From the NCBI RefSeq assembly GCF_006345805.1, contig NC_043005.1, forward strand, positions 16,430,001 to 16,494,000: a stretch of DNA of 64,000 nucleotides, given 5' to 3'. Position 1 is the stretch's first letter. Each line of letters starts with the position of its first letter. Made by a program: the position numbers and the translations under genes. The stretch is from Octopus sinensis (lineage: Eukaryota). This document shows positions 53,974 through 64,000 of this stretch, piece by piece. The notes below the pieces were generated by a model, which saw nothing but the letters and a program-made list of their open reading frames with translations, did no database searches and was not told the DNA's origin.

Positions 53974-54923
53974 GAGTGAGAGAGTAATGCATGCCATCAA
54001 AGTGACACTGGGGTAAAATAATACAAAGCCCAGTATACCCATCATGACTACCTGTCTGATAAGGGTACAACAACAAGCACATGCATCACAACCATATGTG
54101 CATGACAGTGATATCATACCAAGATAAACAGCACATGACCTTACAGGTGGGGCCCAATTAGAATTTTCTTCAGGTCAAGTAGCCCATCCCGCTCAAAAGG
54201 TCCCTGAATAAGGATTGTTTAAGGATGTTGAACGAAGCATTCATGTTTCCGAAGGTGAATTATCCAAACCCCAAAGAATTCCTCTCAAAATATGGCTATG
54301 ATTATTATTATTATTACTATTATTATTATTATATTATTATTATTATTATTATTATTATTAAGTGAGAGAGTAATGCATGCCATCAGAGTGACACTGGGGT
54401 AAAATATACAAAGCCCAATATACACATCATGACTCCCCGTCTGATAAGGGTACTAGGCACTATTGTTGTTGTTAAATGTGGTCAATTGGCAGAATCACTA
54501 AAGTATAAGACAAATCATTTTACAGTGCTTGTCCAGGCTCTTTACAATCCAAGTTCAAGTCCCACTGAGGCTAACCCCTAAGTTAATAAAATGAAGTACC
54601 ATGAAGTACTTGGTTCAATGTAATCAAATAATCCTTAGAAGTTGCTAAACTATTACCTTAATAAAAAACAATCATTAGCATTATTGGTTGAAAATTTTGC
54701 AGAAATTATGACAATGTGTCCGAGGATATAATTTCATCCCTCCATGTTCTTAGTTCAAATCCAGTCAAGACCATGTTTGACTTCCACCCTTCTAGCATCC
54801 GATGAATAACAACCAGTCAAACACAGAGTCTGAACCCAGAACATAAATTCTGATGAAATGCTGCTAAAAATTTTGTCGGGAATGGTGATGATGATGATGA
54901 TAATAATAATAATAATAATAATA

Positions 54924-54957
<34 letters not shown>

Positions 54958-55002
54958 GAACTATTACTACCCATGTAAGAACTATTACTACCCATGTAAA
55001 AT

Positions 55003-55179
55003 AGAACTATTACTACCCATGTATTTTAATTTAACTTAAAAAAAAAAAATTTTTAAATGAATGAACTAGTGAGTTTAGTTTAATGGCCTACCAATGTATA
55101 CTATGAGTTTCTTTGCCCTAGGAGTCGGGAAGACACTTGGCAAGAAATGGAAGCAAATTTGAAAGAAGAAAAAAAAAAG

Positions 55180-55180
<1 letters not shown>
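55003..55180 (+). mobile_element. (AAT)n-embedded short retroelement 3' piece
   Basis: Near-identical to 8155-8330 (tactacccatgtattttaat...ggaagcaaatttgaaagaagaa). Confidence 0.7.
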
Positions 55181-55219
<39 letters not shown>

Positions 55220-55256
55220 CAACAACAACTCATAATAATAACTAATAATAAAAATT

Positions 55257-55680
55257 ATATCTTGTGGGATTTTATGAGATAGAGAATAGGAAGCCAGACA
55301 TAGTTTTAATTGAGAAAGAAAGCAAACTATGCTGGATCATAGATATAGCATTCCCAGCTGACAACAGGGTATGCGATAAGGATGAAAGAAAAGTCGATAG
55401 ATATGACAGGTTAGCTTGGGAGATTAAGCAGTTGTGGTCAATGTAAAAGGTGGTAGTAGTACCAATAATTGTTGGAGCCCTGGGAACAGTGAGTTAAATC
55501 TTGAGAAGTACATGGAACAAATAGGGGCTGCAATAAGGGTGGAGCACTTGCAGAAAACAACACTGCTTGGAACCGCTGGAATATTCCAGAAGGTGCTCGA
55601 AAAATAAGAGGTGTTACCTTAGTTCACTGGTAGCGAAGAGCTGACACCATAGAAGCTGTGCAAAGAAAATAATAATAATA
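55257..55680 (+). mobile_element. RLE-type (R4/Dong-like) non-LTR retrotransposon 3' end in (TAA)n
   Basis: NRKPDIVLIEK...IIDIAFP...KVDRYDRLAWEIKQLW then, with stops, VVPIIVGALGTV...LQKTTLLGTA: PD-D-K restriction-like endonuclease tail; flanked by AAT repeats. Confidence 0.85.
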
Positions 55681-56008
55681 ATAACAATACATTTTATTAT
55701 AGGCAGAAGGCCTGAAATTTTGGGGGAGTCGATTACATTGACCTCAGTGCTTCACTGGTACTCAAATTATTGACTTTGAAAAGATGAAAGTCAACCTCAG
55801 CAGAATTTGAACTCAGAACATGAAAACAGACAATATGCTGCTAAGCATTTCACCTGGAATGCTAACGATTCTGCCAGCTCACCACCTTAATAATAATAGC
55901 AATGGTTTCAAATTTTGCCACAAGGGCAGCAATTTCGGAGTGGGGGGATGAGTTGATTACATCGATCCCAGTGTCAAACTGGTACTTATTTTATCAACCC
56001 ATAAAATA

Positions 56009-56520
56009 CCGTAAATCCTCAAGTATAATCCACATTTTTTCCCCAAAATTTAAAGGTCAAAATCCCTTGTGCATACTATATACGAGGTTAAAAATAAAAA
56101 ATATTTTCTAAGCAATGTCCAAGCCTCTATTTGATATCCAGCAATATTTATTCAGACGCAGTTTGTGATGTCAGGCGCGAAAATACCTTAAGCTAAGCCT
56201 GAAAGCAATGAAGTCATAAAAGAATCATCCATAACTTGCAGTAAGCAACATTTATTAAACGTTATTACTGTTACTTCTTTATTTTCTGCAAACAAAATGC
56301 ACAAAAAAGCTACACGTTTGCATTATGTTATATATACAATAATAATAAAGGACGTTACCGTATACATTTTTACAAACCAAGGACGTTATATAGACCTCCT
56401 TGACTCAAGTTAGAGAAGGGGTGCGTATTATATACAAGGTTTAGGTTTTTCAGAGTTACAGCCCCGTAAAAATCCCCTGTGAATTATACTCAAGGGCAGA
56501 CTATACTCAAGGATTTATGG
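56009..56520. mobile_element. Tc1/pogo-type MITE
   Basis: TA TSDs; TIR CCGTAAATCCTCAAGTATA / TATACTCAAGGATTTATGG. Confidence 0.8.
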
Positions 56521-59500
56521 TATTTCAAACATATAAATGTTTGAAATAATTGAAATCACGTAAACATTCCGGAGCGGGGCCGGAGTGACCGTTTCACCCT
56601 CATTGTAAAATTTTCATTTTATTCATTTTTCATGTGCTAATTGTTCTTGCATGTGTGTTTGTCCCCTTTATGTCGGCCTCTTGTGGGCAATAAAAAATCA
56701 GCTTATTTCATCAACCCATAAAAGGATGAAAGGTAAAGTCAACCTTGATGGTGTTTGACCTCAGAATGTGAAGACAGACGATATGCTGTTAGGCATTTCA
56801 CCTGGCATGCTAACGACTCTGCCAGCTTGCCACATTCATAATAATAATAATAATCTTTTCTACTCTAGACACAAGGCCTGAAATTTTTGGAGGAGGGGGC
56901 CAGTTGATTAAATCAACCCTCAGTACACAACTGGTACTTGATTTATCAACCCCAAAAGGATGAAAGACAAAGGAAAGCAGATATTGTTCTCTCAGTTAAA
57001 AGTTTTCCCTTGTTACTTTTTTACAAGAGTTTCCATAGTTGTTTTTCCTAATGAGGAGAAATATCTTTGTCAAGAAAAAAAGCACCCATGGCACACTGTA
57101 AAGTGGCTGACATTAGGATGGGCATCCATCTATAAGAACCTTGGCAAAGCAAACTCTGGAAACCAATGCAGCCCAGAGGCACTAGTTTGTGGTCCTGTCA
57201 AACTGTCTAACCTACGTCAGCATGGAATACGGGTATTAAATGATGATGATTGTTACACACTCATAGACTTATAGGGGGTTAGCATCAACTGCAATGTGCA
57301 GTCAAATAATTAAGGAACTAACTAAAATGTCATTGACGCTCGCAAAATAATGTTCTGTAAATAAACACGAGCCTCTAATTCCCTCAGATGTTTCAGATTC
57401 TGGTTCAAAGATATGGTCATATGTTTCTCCTTTAGCTTATTATTTTCTTTTGAAGATATTATGTAAAATATAAAGCTGAAAGTTTCTTAATCACTGAAAT
57501 GTGAATGAAAATTGCAAAGCGACAAAGTTGTGTTGCATTCCATATGGTGGTTATTGTCACAATGTCCATGGTGCTACCATGCTACATCTAGTAATCTGGT
57601 AGAAATAAGCGTTACTTAAAACTAAAACATAACAATTTTTAAGACACTTCAATCTGACTTAATTTTTGTTCTCAAGTGTATATTATTAGATTTGAAAACA
57701 AATTATTGCCAGAATATATGGAGATAGGAGTGGCTGTGTGGTAAGTAGCTTGTTTACCAACCACATAGTTCCGGGTTCAGTCCCACTGCATGGCCACAGT
57801 CAAATGACTGAAACAAGTAAAAGAGATATTGTAAGAAGAGAATTATTATGAAGACAATGAGTTTCAGTTAAAATTTTTTTAATGGGATTAGTCTCACTCT
57901 GCGGCATCTTGTGCAAGTGTCTTTTACTATAACCCTGGACTGGCCAATGCCATGTGAGCGAATTTGGTAAACGGAAACTGTATGGGAGCCTATCAAGTGT
58001 GTGTGTGTATTTGTGTGTTTGTGTTTGTGTGTGTGTGTGTATTTGTGTGTTTATGTGTGTGTGTGTGTGTGTGTGTGCATGTGTCTATGTTTGTTGCCCA
58101 TCATTTGACAACCAGTGTTGGTTTGTTTACATCCCCATAACTTAGCAGTCTGGCAAAATAGACTGATAAAATAAGCACCAGACATGATAAAAAACAAATA
58201 CTGGTGTTGATTTCTTTGAATACACTATTCAAGACGGTACCCCAGCAAGGCCACAGTTCAATGATTGAATCAAGATAAAAACTATGACCTCCCATTATAA
58301 AATCTTAAAGTTTATCAGACGTAAGTGTAAAAGCCAAAAAGAAAGAGTGAACATTATACAAATAACAAGCTGACCATTGATAGAAAGAAGCAGGGAGAGG
58401 AGAGGATGAACGAATCTGAATAATTGGTGAATTAAAAGACTAATTCATCATCATCATCATCGTTTAACGTCCGCTTTCCATGCTAGCATGGGTTGGACGA
58501 TTTTGACTGAGGGCTAGCGAGCCAGATGGCTGCACCAGGTTCCAATCTTGATCTGGCCGAGTTTCTACAGCTGGATGCCCTTCCTAAAGCCAACCACTCC
58601 GAGAGTATAGTGGGTGCTTTTTACATGCCACCAGCATGGGTGCCAGTCAGGTGGCACTGGCAACAACCTCGCTCGAATCTTATTACACGTGCCAGTGAAG
58701 CGACGTTGGTAACGATCACATTCGAATGGTGCCCTCTTACATGCCACAGGTACGGAAGCCAGTTGACTGCTCTGGCAACAATCATGATCAGATGGTGCTC
58801 TTAGCACCCTACTACTACTACTAATTAGTTAAGAGAAATGCAGAATGTGAGAAGAAAGGGTAGATTTCTAAGATGGAAAAAGGGGTGGGTGACCCCCTTT
58901 GGTCCTGAATGACTATGGGATTGCACTTCGAAAGCTACCCTCCGAGGCACAAGTCCAGGCAAGGTTGTTTATGGAAGGACAGCAGTCGCTCATGCATACC
59001 AGCTTCCTCTCACCACGCCACCAATGTTATCCAAGGGGAAAGCAAAGGCCATTACAGCTTGGCACCTGTGACGTTGCAACTCATTTCTACAGCTGAGTGA
59101 ACAGGAACAATGAGAAATAAAGTGTCTTGCTCAAGAACACAACATGCAGCCCAGTCAAGGAATCGAACTCACAACCTCATGATCGTAAGCTCGATGCTCT
59201 AACCACTGAGCCATGCACCTTCACTTCTAAAATGTAAAAGTAAGTAATAAATAGGTAGATACTGCTAAAATGTTGCTTTGTTGCATGCCATCAGTCGGTT
59301 ATTTTTGTCACCACCCCAGTGTCACCTTCTACCCAGTACACAATATGATACAACTAGTAGTGTGTGTGCAATGCTATCTCTGGACAACTTTCCACAACAC
59401 TTCATATACCAGGGACCAGGAAAATTAGTTTCACAGTCTAATCCATGATTATATTACTGAGCAGGGCTGATATTTATGAGAAACTTGCCGCCTTTAGTGA

Positions 59501-59862
59501 GTGTGCAATACTTAGCTACCACACTAAGGATATATATACAATTTTACAACACTGATACACAACAATGACATCAGAGGTCAACAGTCACTCTTTTAATTTG
59601 GGTTTAATCTGGTTTATCAAACCTTTGGCTCCCATGCAGGTGGCATGTAAAAAGCACCCATTACACTCTCAGAGTGGTTGGAGCAAAGAAGGGCATCCAG
59701 CTGTAGAAACTTTGCCAGATCAGACTGGTGCCTGGTACAGCATCCCGGCTGGCCAGTTCTTAGTCGAACTGTCCAACCCGTGGCAGCATGGAAAGTGGAC
59801 GTAAAACGATGATGATGATGCAGCTGTAAGAAGCTTCGAAATCGATTACATTTATATATATA

Positions 59863-60094
59863 CTAGTATTATAACCCGATTTCATTCGGGTCTACTCGGG
59901 CCACATTTTAAAGATGAGGTATTTTACCCTAGAGGCCACGCCTTTCAATTGAGCAAACTCAAAGTTGCCATGCAAACTCCCTAGCACTTTTAACATAGGG
60001 GTGCAAATTTTCAAGTCAATCTGACAATATTTTCGAACACTTTTGCCTGCGCAACTGCTTCTGAGACGTCCACCCTTTTCACAAATATATAGTA
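59863..60094 (-). mobile_element. Second short Helitron family, directly adjacent
   Basis: a|CTAGtattataACCCGAtttcatTCGGGT hairpin; the other end runs into the 60096 element. Confidence 0.65.
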
Positions 60095-60095
60095 A

Positions 60096-60487
60096 CTAGC
60101 AGTATCGCCTGGCGTTGCTCGGGTTTGTAAGGGAAATAACTATATAAGCATTTTTAGAGATGTAAAGTATAATAGCCATCTCAATATGGCTAACCACAAA
60201 GGGGGGGGGGTGTTACTGTAGCTTTTTACGTTCTGAGATTTAATAATAAACTTTTAAAGAGTTACTTCCCTTATATATGCCAAAAATGCATTAAAAATGG
60301 GGAAAATTGATGGTAATTTTTTTTTTAAATCGTAGACTCATCATAGACGTGCGCTAATACCCAGAAGGGCTCGATATGAATCACGACTATAAGATACCCG
60401 GTTTTGGTTAAACTGCACCGCAAAATGTGGGAGTAGTTAGGAATCTAAATCGTAGGAGACAGACACACAACTTCATTTTATATAGAA

Positions 60488-60490
<3 letters not shown>
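60096..60490 (-). mobile_element. Non-autonomous Helitron
   Basis: On the minus strand: 5' TC, subterminal GC hairpin (ccaggcgttgctcggg region), 3' CTAG, inserted between A and T. Homologous to 62978-63378. Confidence 0.8.
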
Positions 60491-60539
<49 letters not shown>

Positions 60540-61267
60540 GATGTATGTATATAATATATATATGATGCATATATATATATATATATATATAGTAATATGT
60601 GTGTGTGTGTGTGTTGTGTGTGTGTGTGGTGTGTGGTGTGTATGTGTGTGTGTGTATATATATATATATCAAGTTTGATAACTGCCATTCGACTAACCGG
60701 TGTTACTGAAGAGTTACTTCCCTTATACAAACCAAACTGTCTTATGGTTGATACAGAAAGGAGCCTTTAACCGTTCAGTTTTTAGTTCATCGAACTACTA
60801 AAACTGGTCGATTTTAGATGATATCATTTTATGTAAACATATATGCCTGACACGCCCACACATAACAGCATTCACATATATATAAACAGCACACATATTT
60901 ATGCATACAAACAAGATACATATATACACATAAAAATCTCATATCACATACACAAACATGTATACTTGCAATGATACTGACATGTACACACACAGCAAAC
61001 CAACGACAGAGTACTTCTACATAGTTGCTGGACCTTCCAGAAATAGCAACCAAATTTCCATCAAATAACACTTAAAAAATAGAAATACTCAAACGAATAA
61101 GAAACCCTAGAGACATTGTCTGAATAAAAGTCGTGATGGTCATGGCTGGAAGGTCTTTCATCAAAAACCTGATCAGTGAGAAATGACCAAGTGCTAATCA
61201 ACAACAACAACAACAACAACAACAACAGGAAAGATATCAACACAGTCATGTAGCCATGTCGACTTAC

Positions 61268-61494
61268 CTCATCTGCTGACTGAAGCATGTCTTCTGCTAC
61301 ATGTGAGACATTATCTTTGGTCCGAGTCATTTTCCGACTGAGGTTTTCAATGTGTTTCTCCTCTCTCACACAGGGTTCCTCAGATGCCTTCTGCCCAACA
61401 CTGCCATTGTGAGCATCCGGCTGAACCTTGGTGACATCGGATGCTTTTGGTGATGATGTCATCTTTGTAACTTCCTTTCTTTCACTTTCCTCCA
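61268..61494 (-). CDS. Coding exon, charged low-complexity region
   Basis: T-rich tract then ttcttaag| acceptor; open frame (V)EESERKEVTK...NVSHVAEDMLQSADE; donor GAG|GTAAGT; 227 nt, phase 1 to 0. Confidence 0.75.
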
Positions 61495-62078
61495 CTTAAG
61501 AATTGGTATAAGAATTAATAAAAAAAAATATAAAATGATTATTAAGTTAATTGCATAGAACTTTAATGAGAAACTAATGTCAGATCAATAAAATAAATTT
61601 TGAGTGAATGTGTGTGAATGACTTGCATACATACTGCAAAAGTAGGTGCATGTTTATGTATGTATGTATGTATGTATGTATGTATGTATGTATGTATGTA
61701 TGTATGTATGCATGCATCTATCTATCTATCTATATATATATATATATATATAGTGCTGTGTATAACATTAAACTGCATAAGGTAGCGAAGCTCCAGTGTA
61801 GGAGCCCTGGAGTTGTAGGGAGTATGGAGTCACCCCTTAATTATCATTACTTTTAAGTTTACTCTGACCAAGAAGAGCAGTACCTGTCAGGATCCCATCT
61901 AAGGGTTAAATAGATTTCCCAGGGGTAGAGGAAGCTCTCATTATGCTTGGCATGTATATATAATATATATATACATGCCAAGAATAATGGGGATCGATTT
62001 GCTCGACTAAAGGCAGTGCTCCAGCATGGCTGCAGTCAAACGACTGAAACAAGTGAAAGAGAGTGAAAGTGAAAGAGA

Positions 62079-62107
<29 letters not shown>

Positions 62108-62112
<5 letters not shown>

Positions 62113-62333
62113 TGTTGTGTCTAGGGAGAGTCATTCTGTTTTGGTGCCTTATAATTTAACACACTCACCGGAAAAAATTTCCACTTATTTCTTATTTTTA
62201 TTTTCCTAAAATTTTTGTTGCGTCTTGCAACCTTTTCAATAGAAAAATAAGGAATAAGTGGAAATTTTACCGGTGAGTGTGTTAAATTATAAGGCACAAA
62301 AAGAAAATGACTCTCCTCAGACACAACAGAATA
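62108..62333. repeat. Foldback: ~95-bp inverted repeat in (TA)n
   Basis: tattctgttgtgtct...ccacttatt vs aataagtgg...agacacaacagaata. Confidence 0.85.
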
Positions 62334-62409
62334 TGCTTCAACACACGAACTCACATAAAGAATCTTGCAAACCAAATCCAAAATAGAAATATATATATAT
62401 ATATATAAT

Positions 62410-62825
62410 ATATATATATATATATAATAATAATAATTGTGTACAGTGCTCAGGTGCACTACAACTCATCTAAAGTGTATATATAATCAGGTGTAGTTTC
62501 GACGCATTTCGGGAAGCATGAGGGCCTTAAAGGATGCAGTGTCATGGCAGTCAACAACTGATGCAGGCAGTTTATTCCACGCTTCAGCAACCCTGAGCGT
62601 GAAAAAATGTTTCCGAAAGTCATGGGAGCTGTGCTGTTTTCTGACTTTGTAGGCATGTCCACGTGTGTTAGACACATGGAGATCAAAAAGGTGTTCAGTG
62701 TTGTTGTTGGTGAGGTGGTTGATAACCTTGTGGGTGTTTACCAAGTCCGTCGCCAGACGCCGGAGCTTCAGTGAATCCATGCCCAGGGAAACAAGGCGCT
62801 CAGAATATGGTAGGTGTCTGATGGA
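62410..62825 (-). mobile_element. CR1/L2-clade LINE 3' fragment
   Basis: ORF 62487-62780 SLKLRRLATDL...TRGHAYKV...RKHFFTLRVAEAWNKLPASVV. Confidence 0.85.
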
Positions 62826-62977
62826 GGGTATGCGAGAGAGAGAGAGAAATATATATATATAAAGGGGTTTGTATGATTGTGTATAGAGGGATATATATTA
62901 TTCAAAGAAATTTCAACTCTGTCTGTTTTTTATGTTTTATTTATATTCTTTATAATATTAATGTAGAATATAGAATA

Positions 62978-63378
62978 CTAGCAGTATCGCCCGGCGTTGC
63001 TCGGGTTTGTAAGGGAAATAACTATATAAGCCTTTTTAGAGAGGTAAAGTATAATAGCCATCTCAATATGGCTAACCACAAAGGGGTGGGGTGTTACTGT
63101 AGCTTTTTACGTTCTGAGATTTAATAATACATTTTAGAGAGTTACTTCCCGTATATAATAGCCAAAAAATGCATTAAAAATGGGAAACAAATGATTGTAA
63201 ATTTTTTTTAAAGTCGTAGATTCATCATAGACACGCACTAATACCCAGAAGGGCTTGATATGAATCACGACTATAAGATACCCGGTTTTGGTTAAACTGC
63301 ACCGCAAAATGTGGGAGTAGTTAGGAATCTAAATCGTAGGAGACAGACAGCACACAACCTCTCTTTTATATATAAAGA
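62978..63378 (-). mobile_element. Non-autonomous Helitron (same family)
   Basis: a|CTAGcagtatcgCCCGgcgttgctCGGGtttg...tataaaGA|t. Confidence 0.85.
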
Positions 63379-63554
63379 TATAGTACAAATAATATAAATA
63401 GTGTAAAATGAAATAAAGTATTGATTGTCTTATTGAATAGATTGAAATGTTGAATATTTTACACTATATATATTATTTATACTATATATTCTATATTCTA
63501 CTTTAATATAATAAAAGAATATAAATAAAATATAAAAAACAGAGTTGGAATTTC

Positions 63555-63595
<41 letters not shown>

Positions 63596-63773
63596 TATAT
63601 ATAATTAATAAGGTAGTCAGAATGTTGGATGATTATATATATATTTTTATTTACATTTTATTTACATTTTTAGGACTTTCTTCCATTTTACATATATATA
63701 CATATATATATATACACACACACACGTATATATACATATATATATACACACACACATATATATATACATATAT

Positions 63774-63851
<78 letters not shown>

Positions 63852-63870
63852 TCAGAATTCATTAACTAAC

Positions 63871-64000
63871 CTTTGCTAACACTTTCCACTGGTTCAACAA
63901 TAAGCTGGGCACAGTGCCTTACTTCTCCAACAAGGTTTCGTCCAACAACACAGTATTCCGCATCATCATCGAGAGTTGCATTGTCTATTGACAAACTGTA
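63871..64000 (-). CDS. Coding exon (5' end beyond window): C-terminal half of an Ig I-set domain
   Basis: Minus-strand frame reads [43 protein letters not shown], matching the I-set E/F/G-strand pattern (L-x-I-x-N, D-x-A-x-Y, N-x-x-G-E, A-x-L-x-V). Donor AAAG|GTTAGT at 63871/63870, phase 1, which fits the next exon. Confidence 0.85.

Overview
AT-rich, microsatellite- and SINE-saturated animal DNA; the repeat landscape looks like an octopus/coleoid cephalopod (inference). Most of the window appears to be intron of one large minus-strand gene. I can splice six phase-compatible GT-AG exons by eye (63871->64000, 61268-61494, 29657-29833, 17497-17634, 9586-10140, 2644-2805). They encode the C-terminal half of an intracellular-type Ig I-set domain, a long acidic low-complexity region with two internally repeated helical motifs, and a segment resembling the C-terminal coiled coil of MyRIP/melanophilin. 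The gene runs off both ends of the window, and linkage across the 31-kb gap is inferred. The introns hold several tRNA-like SINE families, CR1/RTE/RLE LINE 3' ends, non-autonomous Helitrons, piggyBac- and Tc1-type MITEs and foldbacks. The most unusual signal is a set of type I hammerhead ribozyme (HHR) motifs with palindromic stem III. (i) A 2.25-copy, ~352-bp tandem element flanked by a 13-bp TSD at 12.2-13.0 kb has one HHR per full monomer and looks like a non-LTR retrozyme. (ii) A near-intact HHR is present twice, 1002 nt apart, in the sense orientation of the host pre-mRNA because of a ~1-kb tandem duplication at 37.5-39.5 kb. (iii) Decayed HHRs lie at 41.0 and 51.1 kb. All alignments and folds were done by eye, repeat boundaries are approximate, and no database search was run.
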